A stretch of DNA of 64,000 nt, taken from Chrysemys picta bellii. Taxonomy: Eukaryota. The notes under the pieces were generated by a model. That model was not told where the DNA came from and did not search any database. It saw nothing but the letters and a program-made list of their open reading frames with translations. Within the stretch, counting starts at the first letter, position 1, and each line of letters opens with the position of its first letter. The position numbers were made by a program, and so were the translations under genes. Shown here in pieces: positions 13,301 to 26,462 of the stretch. Location: contig NC_088792.1 in assembly GCF_011386835.1 (NCBI RefSeq), positions 66,216,001-66,280,000 on the forward strand, in the 5' to 3' direction.

Positions 13301-16300
13301 AAAAGAAACACAGAATCTCTAGGGGGGAAAAAAAGAAACTCTCTGGTTTCTTTGCTGCGAAGAGATACTTGAATATTTTCCGCAGCAAATTGAAACAAAG
13401 GGGGAAACGAAGCTTGATTTGGATCCACGCACACCCTTAAGCCTTTTCTACTGACCTTTGCCTCGACCAGCAATAACTCACCACATAAATGAACAATCAA
13501 CGGAAATACCTTAAAATAAAATCCATCCTTTTTAACGAAGCATTTCGTCCTATCAGCTCGACAATAACCTTTCCATAAGGAACGAAAGCTGCAACCGAAA
13601 TGGAAAGCTCTTGCAGAGGAGAGGGAGGGAAAAAATAATAGAAAGCAGTGCTTGCTCTGAACAGAAACTGGAAAAGCGTAATCACAGACGAAGCCAGCCC
13701 GGGTCTCCACTCCAAATGCCACAATAATGCGCTGTATTATGTGCTCACGTGGTCATACGTCAACTTAAATCCTTTTATTTGAAATAGGGAATCATTGAAG
13801 GAACAAGGTTTCTAAGCGCAATCCTCTGATTTTTAAAGCCTTAACCAAATACATTAAGAAGAATTTAAAGAAAAAAATCAGGAGCCGGAGATGGTTATTT
13901 TTTTCCCCACACTTAATATTTCTTTACACAAAATCACATGCAAGGTAAGAGAAATTATTTTCATATTATGTGATTACAATGAACTTTTATACTAAACCTA
14001 ATTAACTGGCATTTCCCAAACAAAACCGCCACACTGATCTACATTTAATAATGGTGTGTTTTGCAATCCAATAATAAAGTCAACTCTTGATACTATTATT
14101 TCAATAAGGACTTCCTTAATGACTACTCTGATTACCAATCTTCCCTACAGGCTTCTCTATATTGCTATTGTATGGCGCTTGCTTAACACCCACACTTTAC
14201 AACAGGGCAGCTATAGAAACTAAAAAGACCTGCAATTACCTGACAAAGGCAAAAAGAGTCTCCTCTAATAATGTGGTTGATTTTTGTCGTTGTAACACCC
14301 TATGAAGAATGCGCCTGGCTTCTGTGTGGAGGATCTGAATTTTGCAAAATCTTCTGGGACCTTCCTGTTAAACCTGCGCTTACGCATTTCCTATACAACT
14401 ATTTGAGTGATGCACAAAATTATAGGCTTCTAACGATGAAAAATTTAGAAACAAAATGATCTAACTGTCCAGGAAAAAAAGAAACAGCCCTCATATACGT
14501 CCCCTGAGTTAACCTATGAAATGAACAATTTTCTAACCTGAATGAAGTCTTCCCTCTAAAACTTAGTTTTTCCTATTTACACAATCCTACCACAGACAAA
14601 AGAAATCACAAATTCAAAGAGCTCTTATAAAGATAGTTGGGGTAAATAACATATTTCACACTTGTATTGTGCTACTGTGCCACTGTGGTGACTTTTACAC
14701 TCCGAATTTCTTACCACCATTGTGCATTTTACAATATATCATTTGCCTCAAACCTTTCCCCACTCTAGCATTTTTACAGAAAACTTTTAGCTTACTTTTT
14801 ATATTCTTTTATCACTTCACCAATACTTGATTGGCGATAATAAGACTGTATAAAAAGATTAATTTTATCGTCTACAGACTTTATGGTCAAACTGTATATA
14901 ATAATCTCGCTTTGATTGTAAAGTGGAACATAAACGGTTATTGGAATTTAAACCACCAGTAATAGTATAGATTAGTAGACATTCCAACAAAGTCAGCGTG
15001 ACATTAAAACAGAAGAAGAATTTGCAATATTTGTAGTGGAAGTGACTTTGATAGCAGTAGAACATTTATATATTATCCTCGCTAAGAACCTTGAATTTAA
15101 AAAATCCTGGAAAATATAGCATCTTAGACACACATAGCAAATGCAACTCCAGAACTCTAACACTATTTTAACTGTATAGCAGAGTACTACATTTAAACCA
15201 ATAGTGAAATTTACTAGGGATGGATTCATGGCTATTTTAAATAAAGTGATTTTAGATTCCATAAAAGAAACACATAAAAAAAGTTCTTATGCAACAATGC
15301 AACTGGAAGTAATGGATAATGGAGCAGATGCTGAAAAAGCACAGCAAGTCTTCCTTGGGTCTGTTGTAAAAAGTTATCGACTGCTTTGCATCAAAAGCAG
15401 AAAGATGGCTTTAGAACTTGCAGTCCTGAGCAAATAGAAACTACAAACGCAATAAATCACAATCATAAGTCAGAGGTACATCTTAAACTTAAATGCCTTA
15501 ACGCGAGCTATGACTATTGGCTTCAAAAACCTATTTCTATGAACATCTTTATTAGAATTAATGATCAAGCTAATGTTAAAACTACAGTTTAACAATTAAC
15601 TTATTGTATGTAGTGGATAATTATAAAGTAAAGTAACTTCTTGATGTATGAATTACTTCTTCAGGATGTGCTTTAGAAGAACGGGGAGACTTTCTAACTT
15701 TACCGGGTCCTGGACCGCAGCTGAAAATAATTCCCTTTCAACGGTTCTGGAATTCATTTTCTTTGGTCAAGTATCAAGATTTTGAGTTTTCAAACACAAA
15801 TTCAAATGGACTTGAAAGTAGCAGAGGTTTGGTTTGCCTTGCCATCCAACATATTGCTTTGTTCCTGGAGACTCAACTTTGTTTTATTACCTCAATGATT
15901 TGGAGCCCTGAAAAGTTTGTTTTAAGAGCTGAAAACCTTACGTTTCTCCGAAGATTTACTATTGATTTTTTTATGCTTTGTGCACATGGCTTTGCGTTGA
16001 GATTCCAAGCAGCAATATCAACAAACAGCTGTTTTAAAATATGTGCTAATAAAGAGAGTCCCTTTGTGATAGATTTGAATGCAAATATTAGTATTAATAG
16101 TCCTTTTAAGTGGCTACATAAATCGAAATATTCTTGCTCTCTGTCTACCTTTCATTGTTATGCTTATGTCACTAGTTAAAAGGTAAGACTATCCCCTTAT
16201 GTGAATGAAGAAATGGAAACACTATTTGATATAGATTTTTTATTTCCGTTCTCTCCCAGTTGAAATTCACAGGGCAAAGTTGTTTACCTAGAAATATGTA

Positions 16301-17918
16301 TTTGTTACTGATAAAGTTAGTTCAACTGAATTTTGACAATTCCTTTTCAGGTTAAAAGAAAGAGTGTATTTTAAAACGATACAACCTATTTAAAGACATT
16401 TTTACTGAAATTGAGTGGAACTTGAGAATATATGGTTAATTTACAAATCACAATTATTTCTGGACAAAGGTATATATGTGGGGCAGGCGGGATAAAATTA
16501 TTATTCTATTAAATAATGCTTTCTTTTTTCTTTTCTTAAAATGGGAATGAATGGATATTTGCCGTGTCTGTTTGTAGGAAGGATTTCAACAGGCTATTAA
16601 ATCAACACAAGCAGCCCTTGTAGCCCTATAATTTATGGCCGCCTTTAAAAGGTAGTAAACTACACTAATTATGTATCAGCATAAAACATAAGCAGGTAAA
16701 TCTGGCAAGGATTTGAAATAGTTCTATATAATCCTTTCTCTTCTACCACTGCCAGAATAATATAGTCACCATAAAGAGCATTACATTTCTTTGTTTAAAA
16801 AACAACTGAATCACGAAAGAAACATGCACACAATGCAGAGAAGTCCAAATATATATAAAATACATAAAACCTATGCTCCTCTGGTGTATTTTCTGAAGCA
16901 AAAGCCAGAGTTTCTAAAATCAAAGAACATTTATTTTTATGTTCCTAATTCCAAACCACACAGGAGTCATTGCAAAACTACTCAAGGGAACCAAACAAAA
17001 AAACTGCGAAAGCCACCCAACACTAAAACTGTTTCAACTACCTGTCTCTTGCTTTGAGACTTCGATTTTGGAAGGAACTAAGAATGGACAAAGAAATTAC
17101 CAACCTCTTTCGCTCTTTAAATTACTTTGCATCTTTCCTGTTTCGAATGCCTCTATGAAGACTGCTATTAATTCTGTTCCATATATTTCTTTGTCTGTCG
17201 AGACACTCGCATTCACCAGCCATATAAGATGAATGGATTCAATCCGGAAAATTCCAACTAGGTTAAATATTTATCACAATAAAATCTCATTGTAACAGCA
17301 TCCCCCTCCACCCCCCATATGCAAGCACTAGGAAATATGAACTCTACACAAAACTATCCCACAACAGATTTTTTTCCCGAAGTCCTTACCTCCTAAAATT
17401 TCTAACAGTGGACTGAATTGTTTCTTGCTGTTATCGCTCAGTAAATCGTCTTTTTCGGTGCACTGGAGTTCTGTAAATAAGCAACAAGCAATGCCTAAAT
17501 GAGAATCAGAAAGGAAGATATTTATTCATACAAAAAGTATTTGGTTTGCTTAATTCTTTTAAAAGACAAAAGTCGTGGATGTGCATAGAACTACTGAAGG
17601 GAATCCATTGATTGGTGTAATGTGTAAAAGATTATTTTATACAACAGTAAAGAACACTGGTATCTGAACATGCCTTTTGTGGTAGACTGCTATGCCTTCT
17701 GTCTCCAAGTGTTTGGAAATATTGTCATTCCAAACTCTTGTTACATGAATGTATGCTTTATTTTCCTCTGGGAAACCTTTGTTTAGGATCATTTAATCAA
17801 GAGCAGACATTAAACACAACTAGCGATGTTCATCTCTGTTGAATAAATCAAGGAAGAGGTTCCAGTTTAAATGTAGGACACGGTATACTAGGATTTTTAT
17901 TCAAATACTTAAGGATTC

Positions 17919-17990
17919 CAGCCCGAATCTATTCCCATTAAATTCTATGAGAGTTCTGCCGTTGACTTCAATGAGAGCAGGATCGAACCC
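17919..17990. mobile_element. Degenerate palindromic MITE-like element
   Basis: CAGCCCGAATCTATTCCCATTAAATTCTATGAGAG-TTCTGCC-GTTGACTTCAATGAGAGCAGGATCGAACCC. Two inverted copies of a CCCATTGAAGTCAATGGG-like core with GATC/GGCCC-like ends. Confidence 0.55.
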
Positions 17991-20089
17991 TTCAACTCTT
18001 TAATAAAAGCTGTTGTGGAAAAAGAAAAAGACGAAGCAGAAACATTTAGCACTTCGATATTGTAATTTTTTGTCGGTCTTATAATATTACAGACCCCAAG
18101 AAGCCAATAATCATACTCTTCAAATATTTTGGATCACATTTACGAAGGTATTTATCAGATATAATAACGTACTCCATGCATTCATTATTCCTAATAAAAT
18201 CCTATGTATTGTATCTTAAGATTGCCAGCAAATGTAAATGCTAATAGCTAACTAACACGATTTCTTGGAAGAATGTCATCTGAGCCTTGGAAAATATTAC
18301 GTCTGTCTTGGGAGAACTTTTGGAGAAGAGATTTTTGCTTTGCTAATTTAGTAGCTCCATAATTACTATAATAATTTGAAATTTGGTGTAGAATTACAGT
18401 CTATAGAAAATAATGCAATAATAGCTTACTGGGCTGTTTATTTCCCTCTCATAAATTTAGAGGGCTCACTGATAACATCTATAAACAAATTGAAAGTTAA
18501 TTTTTTCAGATAGCTATCTCCAGCTTTAATTCGGTTGCCTGCTGTTTTCTTAGCTCTGATATTCACATCATTCCAAAAATACAGTGGGGGCATAGAATAC
18601 TTGTATTTTATGTTAAAACTCGTTCTTTAACCATTTTGATCCATAATCAATAATCATGTTATCAACTACAATAAAATTGATCCGAATGTCTTGATTGGAT
18701 TTAACCCACCCTCCCACCCCCCTTTAAAATATAGAATGTGCATCTGAAAATGGTGCCAACGACTTTCTGCTATTTATTTTGGAGCTATTAAGTTACACCA
18801 CAATATTTTATACTGCCACAGTCCTTTAAACTATACTTCTTCTTGAAAGAGTTGCTAAGTAGCAATAAAGCACTTTACAAACGTTATGACTTTTTTTTTA
18901 ATTTGTTGTTATCCCAAATTCTAATATTCATTGCGGCACTTTAACTTCGTACATAAATCGTTCAGACTAATGAGTCATAGAGAAATTTGCCCATGACTTT
19001 TCCTTTACAATGCTTGCTGCCTTTCCATTGCTTTTTTGGCCCTGCATTAGAAGCCGGTGATTTATTAATGCCAGGAAAATTGAACAAAGCAGTCTTCCTG
19101 CACTGTGGTATCCAGCCTTCCACAGTGTGAATTAGAACATTATCAAATGTGTTTGACTCGGTAACACTTAATCACAAAAAGCCATAATGTGACCACAAAG
19201 CAGCTAAAACAAAGATTTAACATTTCTAAATATTAAACTTGCTAAGTAAATACTCAGCAGACTTCAACAAAGTTAGCACAAACAATTACAGTCATCAAGC
19301 TATAAATATACACTAAATACTTACCAACATAGTCCCTACTGCTTTCTTAAGAAGTTTAGAATCTTTCAAGACAAATCGGGGCTTTTTAAAAAACTCAAAT
19401 AGGAAGTTGAGTTTCACTTCAGAGAGAATCACTCCTAGTGAGAACTGACGGCCACAGATCCATTCCTGACTATCTGCATTAATTATTTAATGAGTCACGT
19501 GACCTTAAAGATTAAAATTTCAATATCTACACAAGAAAAGACGCAACACCTTTATCTACTTGTGCAGGGTTTCTGTTTTGCTTATTTAGGTCCCATAATC
19601 TCTGTTGGTTTTGACAGCTTTTCAGTTTCTTGGGAGATCATTTGAACATTAATAACATGTGCTTGTCTGCTATTGTGAGATCAGGCGTTCTATAGACCTT
19701 AGCTTTAAATTAGCCATTTGATTTCGGATTTTTATTGTCTACAGCAGACTGTGTTAACATGCATAATTATAGTCCATCCCTCTTCTAACAGTTATTACAC
19801 TTGATAATATGATGACAATACTGATACCAAATATATTTGCCCTTCTGATGCCTTTAAAACTGACAAAGAATTGGCTCACCACGGTTTATCAATATTCATG
19901 TGGTATAGGAGGTCTGGGAAGAATTCTTTTGCTCTGCCATTTGCACATCTCGTGGGAAAGTATAATAAAGAGTTAAAAGAGAGGTTTCCTTTCTGTACTT
20001 AGAAAATACACACTTAGTGGGCTAAATGAATGCCTTGCATAATTCATTTGACTTCAGAGATATTAACCCAGGCGTTCATTTGAACCAGT

Positions 20090-20185
20090 GGGCCTCATTC
20101 AGGTCTCGTTTACATTAGTGACAATAGTGAACTCAATGGAACTACATTGGTGTAAAGTAGTATATACTATGTCAGAATCAGTCCC
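20090..20185. mobile_element. Degenerate palindromic MITE-like element
   Basis: GGGCCTCATTC...GAATCAGTCCC termini (9/11 inverted match). Inner TTTACATTAGTG / CATTGGTGTAAA (9/12). Confidence 0.55.
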
Positions 20186-21294
20186 AGTGTGTCTACAAGG
20201 AAGTGAATGTAACACCTTCTAGTGCAGTAACTGGGGTTAAAACAAAAATAAGACTCAAGCTCTTAATACTTTGTGTTCTATTAATCATATACGTATCGAA
20301 TATCATATTTCTCATACAACAGCAACACATCTGAAAGGATGCATATAATTGTAGCTGTATTGGAGTACTGTTTTCAACAATCTCACAAATTCCGCAATAG
20401 GGTGGAGAATGAATACAAAAGAGAAATCCGGATATATGTGCTTCAAAAAAATCACAGAAAGAACCCCCAATCTTTTTGTTTATTACTCTTCAAGTCGATT
20501 CATGTCATGGCTGTCATGGAATGGTATCATAGAGTGTCCTAAAGTAGAGATGCTAACGCAGCGATGCTGCCAAGCTTTCCTGGCGCCAGTAGTCTGTTGG
20601 TTTCAGTGGGTCTACTGGAATGAGTAAGCGCTGTTGGCGTGACTCGTGAGTAAGGGAATGCAGGATCGGGCGCATGATCAGACTTCAGGGTTGGGATGGA
20701 GGCTCGGGCTAAGGAGAGGAAAAGAAAGATGGAGTCTCCTGACAAGCTTGTCAAGACCTCCACCTTCCTTCCTCCACCACCCATCCCCCACCCATTTACA
20801 AAACCCAAGAAGCAGTCCATAGGGCGCAGAGTATACCAAAAAATGTCAGAGCCCTGGCTAAACATTCAATGGAGAATGGTTATAGTTATTAAATACTGCG
20901 CGCTGCTTGTCACAGATGAGTTCCTCTTGTAATAAAACACCAGGTATATTAGAGATTGCAGTAGAAACTGGAAGGGAGACCTTGAAAAACTACCATTTTT
21001 CTTGGTGGGAAGGGGCGGAGGTTAACGGCTTGGCTCTAACTGTGACAATTAAAGTGACTCAGACCTGATTTTGTCTTTATTTGAAATATTGACAAACTTC
21101 CACCTTTAGCATTTTGTGCCGCTTTCCTTTGTGGCGAGAGCAGATAAATACGTGTGTGAGAGAGAGAGAGACAGCCAGCCAAAGAGAGACATTTAGGTCC
21201 AAGAGCTGGATTTAAAAGGATACTGTCTTTAAAGGTCAAGGGTTTGAAGGGTCAGTCTGCTTCTCTAAAAAAACAATTAATGGGATAGAAAATT

Positions 21295-21311
21295 TGTCCT
21301 TTCAGTGAACT
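21295..21311 (-). promoter_or_regulatory. DR5 retinoic acid response element 3' of HOXA4
   Basis: Minus strand AGTTCA-CTGAA-AGGACA, about 1.8 kb beyond the HOXA4 poly(A) signal. Resembles the Hoxa4/Hoxd4 3' neural RARE as I recall it. Confidence 0.75.
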
Positions 21312-22245
21312 CTTCTGGTTGCCCTAGCAAAGGCTGGACAATGCCAGAGTTTAAAGTCTGCGATTTAATTTTCTAAGTGATTGTAACACTGATTATATCA
21401 CACGAGAAGCATAGTAACACTCACATATCAAACACTATGCAGCTTTAAAAAGGGGGTGGGGAACAAATGAAAATTTACCTTAAATGATGATAATCTGCCA
21501 TGTGATATTTTGCAGTCCGGGGCTGATTCTCCACCAAGACAGTATACATTTTTTTAGCAGACAGCCAAGATGCTGTGTCTTTATACATGACCACATTTTT
21601 TTTCCAGGAAAATCCTTTGCGTCTTCACAGACTTTTTCCAAGAGAATGCCTTTCAGAACGGCTGTTGAATTACAAAGAAGTATTTATTGTAGGAGGTGAT
21701 TAATGATACTCAGTAAAATTGCTATTTTCAGCGCGTGTTTTCATTTAGTTTTACGAAGGGAAAATGGGTTTATAGGCATAGTCTTCAGTAATAAATTATT
21801 CTCAATTAAAACGTTTGATTTGGGATTTTGATCATTTCTGCTAATTTGGTTTTAAAATAAATTGGGGGGAAATGTTCCACACAATAAACAAAACAAAGAG
21901 CTGTACGTTGCAGAGAGTCAGAGATACCAGCAGTTACCCCACTTTCAGATATATTCAGTTTCTTTTATATTGGGGCAGCTAACATGGAAAACGTTTTAGG
22001 ATTTAGTAAACAGCAGCATGGTAACGGAAACATACTTTTCAGGGTGGTTAGTTGTTCAATTGAGACAACACTGTTTGCTAAACGTATTTACAACTGCCAT
22101 AGCTTTGAAGCTGAATATACTCTTCCAGTGACATGTTAAATTTTTCATTGAAATGGTATGTGTTCCTGGGACAGGCAGTGATGCTCACGATATTGTTGTG
22201 CCAATGTGCTTTCTTACTGAGTGAATTGTGATATATTTAAAAAAA

Positions 22246-22344
22246 GGAACTAAATCTTGCTCGCCTTACTCACGTGAGAAGACTCGTCGACTCCAGTTTA
22301 GTACCTGGACATACTTTCGTGAGTATGGCGAATAAAATGTGGCC
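22246..22344. mobile_element. Degenerate palindromic MITE-like element
   Basis: TCGCCTTACTCACG (22261-22274) versus CGTGAGTATGGCGA (22318-22331): 13/14 inverted match, with decayed outer arms. Confidence 0.55.
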
Positions 22345-23142
22345 TTTAATCTTTTTCTGGCAGAAAAACAGTGGTAGAGTTTCCGCCTACAAGTTCTTCT
22401 GCTCAGTTAATACGTTTCAATGTCAATGATACTTTCGAGAAAGTGATATGAAAATCCTTATAAATTGTATACATTTTATTGTAATAATTCCACCTTTGGT
22501 ATATTTCTTAACATCCTTGACAATTAGAAGGTTACTATGAGTTTGAAACACCTGAATACTGTTTTCCAGAATCATTCTGAACACATTTACCAGATTAAAC
22601 CTCTGGGTTTTACCAGATTTCATTTAATTATTAAGGCTTTCTGTTTACACCAAACACTTTTCAAAATAGATGCCTTTGAAATAAAGAAACTTTTATCACC
22701 CATACAGCCCCTTAATTCTTCATAGTGAATTCACAATAAATACCAAGTGAACGAATAAATAATGACTGGCCAGATATTTTTAAAGTGTATCATGGTTAGC
22801 TGTCTTAGTTCTACTAAAGTAAATTAGTTCACTTCAGTTCATTGACTCAGTGTGAAAGCTCTATTTCTCTGTGCATAGGGTGGGAATAGCCATATACATG
22901 TAAATGAATAGACAGACTGAACCTCTGGCAAGGTTGCTACAGGCCACAAGTCATCTAGGCAATAAATAATACATATACTTGTTCAAGCAGGCACTATTTT
23001 TTGTGAAGGCAGGCAACTAAAATGAGCATCTCTTTAACTAAATTTGAAGGCAAATGATCAGCAAAGCATAATGTTTAGGAAACAGCATTACATGACCTTG
23101 TGTTTGAAGCCTTTAATTTATTTTTTTTTGTACAGAGTATTC

Positions 23143-23148
23143 TTTATT
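23143..23148 (-). terminator. HOXA4: AATAAA poly(A) signal, probable HOXA4 3' end (second copy at 23117-23122)
   Basis: TTTATT on +, about 655 nt downstream of the stop codon. Confidence 0.55.
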
Positions 23149-23801
23149 ACCAGTATTGGCAATATATACATCACACCAAAATTCACAAATTGTACACAGA
23201 CCGAAACAGTTAGACGTGCCAGATAGGAAGACAGCAACAGCCTTTAATATTTTTAAATAAATGCAATAGGAGACATGGGGAAAACGATTATATCACAACT
23301 ACCGCAGTGGCTACGCTTAAAAACAATTAAATAACTCTTGTTACATTAAACATTGCCTGTCAGACTGTAATGGGACAGTTTTCATAAAATCTCCATGACA
23401 TAAAATTTGGTTTCTTCTGTCTGCGTATACTGGAGAATCCACGAACATTGCACCAAACAACACAACTCAAGTCAATGTCTTACACAAGTGTTTCACGAAT
23501 TATTATTTTAACTATTTTATTTTTAAAGTGTTATGTACAAAAGAGTCCTTCTTGGGTACAGAATTCATCCATTACAGCATCCAGCGCTCTGTGACACGGA
23601 AAGTACAGCGTATTTTCATAAATACGAAAGAATGATGGGAATGGAACCATTATGTCTGTACAGTGTAGACAATTTGTCCATGTTTTGGTTTCAACATGTA
23701 CCCTGTACAGGGCACATTTCTTCTGATTCTGTATACAGTTGTTTTGGTCCAAATGGTCAACAACAAAAATAGGCAACTGAAAAAAACAAATATAAAAATC
23801 A

Positions 23802-24130
23802 TTAAAGGGCTGATGAGTTGGGTGTTGACCCATCGAGTTGATGGTGGTGGCCCTGTGTCTGTGCTTTGGCTTGCTGACTAGCAGTAGATGGATTTGAGGA
23901 GCGCATCTTAGTGTTAGGCAGTTTGTGATCTTTCTTCCATTTCATCCTCCTGTTCTGAAACCAAATCTTGACCTGGCGCTCCGAGAGACAAAGTGTATGT
24001 GCTATCTCAATGCGTCGCCTCCTGGTCAGGTAACGGTTAAAATGGAACTCCTTCTCCAGCTCTAAGACTTGTTGTCTGGTGTAGGCAGTTCGAGACCTCT
24101 TGGGTTCCCCTCCAGTGTAATTGGGATTGA
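23802..24130 (-). CDS. HOXA4: HOXA4 coding exon 2 (homeodomain)
   Basis: Acceptor gtgttcAG|TCAAT at 24130. [80 protein letters not shown]...; length 329 nt = 2 + 109 codons. Confidence 0.98.
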
Positions 24131-24335
24131 CTGAACACACACACACACAAAAAAAAGCAATTGAACATAATCATTATATAATAACTTGACACCAGGTTCA
24201 AATCAGAGACATAACTGCAAGAAAATGTTTCACAGGCTATTGACAATAGGAAACAATTGAAGAGCAATAAAAAATGGTGATGGGCATTTGGGTGGAAGAA
24301 AAGCTTCAAAGACACATGGCCCAGAGCCATTGGCA

Positions 24336-24371
24336 GGGCAATTAAATTTATGGGGGCTATAATTACTGCCC
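24336..24371. promoter_or_regulatory. HB1-type homeodomain-binding element in the Hox4 intron
   Basis: GGGCAATTAAATTTATGGGGGCTATAATTACTGCCC: clustered TAAT/TTTATGG sites typical of the conserved Hox4 intronic element. Confidence 0.75.
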
Positions 24372-24379
24372 TAACGGTT

Positions 24380-25650
24380 TGGCGTCTCGTAAATCTCTCG
24401 ATAAAGGACCCCGGATACAAAAGGTTTCTCACGTTTGTATTAGGAAACGCGCACACATAAAAACCCAACCCAACCCTGCAGCACTTTCAGTGTCCTCTCC
24501 TCCTCCTCCTCCTCCTCCTCTTCCTCCTCCCCAGGCAGTCCCACTCACCAGTGCTCACATGGATCTTCTTCATCCAGGGGTAGACCACGGGCTCTTTGCC
24601 TTTGAGGCCAGGCAGGCTCTTGTCAGGCAGGAGGGGGCACCCTGGGCTGGCCCCGGCCCCGGCCCCGGCGACGGGGGCTGCTTCGCAGTGGCGCTGGTGC
24701 TGCAGGACGTGGCTTTGGAGCAGGGGCTGGGACTGGACATGGTGCCCCTTCGGTGGAGGAGGCGGTGGAGGAGAGGCACCCGGAGGTGGCTGCTCCTGGC
24801 CCGGGGTGGCGCTGGTGCTGCTGTAGCTGTAGGGCGCCTCGGAGTAGCCGGGTGGCTGCGCGGGGTAGAGCGCCTCGGGAGGAGGAGGAGGAGGAGGTGG
24901 CGGTGGTGGCTGGTATCCAGGGTCTCTGCTGGGCCGCTGGTAGTAGTCGGGGAGAGACTGGCCCGGGTGCGCTGGGTGCTGGTGCAGGTGCGGCTGGTGG
25001 TGGTGGTGGTAGGTGCTGCTGCTGCTGCTGGCGCTGCTGTGCTGCGAATACTCCTCGCAGGGCGGGAATTTGGGCTCGATGTAGTTGGAGTTTATCAAAA
25101 ACGAACTCATGGTCATTAATTTGTTGAAGTGCAAAAATACTAATTTTTCTCGCGTTGTCGTTTTTCTGGGCTCCGCGAAGCCCCTCCCCCCTCAACCCCC
25201 TCCCCCGCCCTTCCTCCCTCCCTCCCCCTCCTCCTCTCGCCGCTGTCAAGTGCCGGCTGCCAAAGTTTGGGCCTCCCCCCCCCCCCAATCCGAGCGCACA
25301 ACACACACATACACACACACACACACACATCACCACCTGACCGGCAGGGCCAATTGCTGCGCTGTTTGCGGACCCCGGATCAGGAAATGGAAAGATGGTG
25401 AGTGCCGGGGGAGCCCAGGGCAGCAGCAGGAGCAGCCCAAACCGTCTCTTACGGTGCTGGGGAGAGAGGTCCCAGCAATGGTAAAAAACTGCGCAGCCAG
25501 AAAGGGGAGCGAAATCCGAGGCGCATCCTAGTATCCATCGCACCAACCACCTTCCCTAAACCCGCAGTTCGACCAGATACCTCTCAAATGGGTGGCCTCG
25601 GACTCTTAAAACAGGAGAACAAGATTTTGCTCAAAGCCACGCGAGTTTGA
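24380..25650. promoter_or_regulatory. HOXA4: GC/CpG-rich island over HOXA4 exon 1 and promoter
   Basis: Visibly GC- and CpG-rich relative to the AT-rich flanks. Boundaries estimated by eye. Confidence 0.7.
24549..25116 (-). CDS. HOXA4: HOXA4 coding exon 1
   Basis: ATG at 25116 (MTMSSFLINSNYIEPKFPPCEEY), poly-S/H/P tracts, KEPVVYPWMKKIHVST, donor ACTG|GTGAGT at 24549. Length 568 nt = 189 codons + 1. Confidence 0.97.
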
Positions 25651-26375
25651 GCTTTGCTACACTGTGATTGCTGCTTATTGTGGCCAATTATTTCCCCCTC
25701 TTCCCTGTGGAACGGAGAGAGACCTAAATTCGGCGCTACCAGTCGTAAATTCATCCTGGGCACAAATATTTTATTTCTCTAGCATTTTTTTGGAGGGGGG
25801 CGGAGAAGAAGGAGAGGGGAGGAAAGATGGGGGGCGGATCAGAAATCAACGAGAAACTAAAATGTAGCATACAGAAAAAGAAATTGACATTGCATAATAC
25901 ATTAAATACAATGACAATGGCATGCGTCTCACAAAGTGGGTTTTCACCCACGAAAGCTTATGTTCCAATACATCTGTTAGTCTTTACGGTGCCACAGGAT
26001 TCTTTGTTGCTTTTTACAGATCCAGACTAACACGGCTACCCCTCTGATACAATGACAATAGTTTACAACTCTCCATTTCAAAATCACTTGATTTAGGATT
26101 GGGCATACATTATATATCAAGGTGGAAATGAGACTGCTAGATCCTGTGAAATAGAGGCCAACTAATTGCAAATCAGTATTTGTTTCTCTATGATCTGTCC
26201 CCAGCGCTTTTAAACGTTGTTATTGTATGATAATTTAGTTATTAGATAATCTTTTATCCCTTTGTAGATTGCGAGCTGTGATAACATATAACTAGATTCA
26301 GAAGTTGATATGAAAGGGAGGAAGGGCCAAATAGATTAATTAGCGGTGCTGTGTGCCATTAACGATATAGTTAGC

Positions 26376-26378
<3 letters not shown>

Positions 26379-26460
<82 letters not shown>

Positions 26461-26462
26461 AA
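26379..26462. repeat. (GAAA)21 microsatellite
   Basis: Perfect tetranucleotide run. Confidence 0.98.

Noticed and set aside
13063-13722. 219-aa minus-strand ORF
   Set aside because: Low-information F/L/S/C-rich translation with no homology I recognise; probably regulatory or lncRNA territory.
21233-21254. AGGTCA-N10-GGGTCA next to the 3' RARE
   Set aside because: Ten-base spacing is not a standard RAR configuration, and half-sites occur often by chance.
24487-24548. Poly-Arg C-terminus (GEWDCLGRRKRRRR...) on the HOXA4 exon 1 ORF
   Set aside because: It is the intronic (CCT)n/(AGG)n tract after the GT donor at 24548.
24379-25546. Long antisense (246 aa) and alternate-frame (307 aa) ORFs over HOXA4
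   Set aside because: Expected in GC-rich, stop-poor triplet-repeat DNA. The only upstream ATGs (25330, about 25310) sit in a (TG)n tract probably 5' of the TSS.
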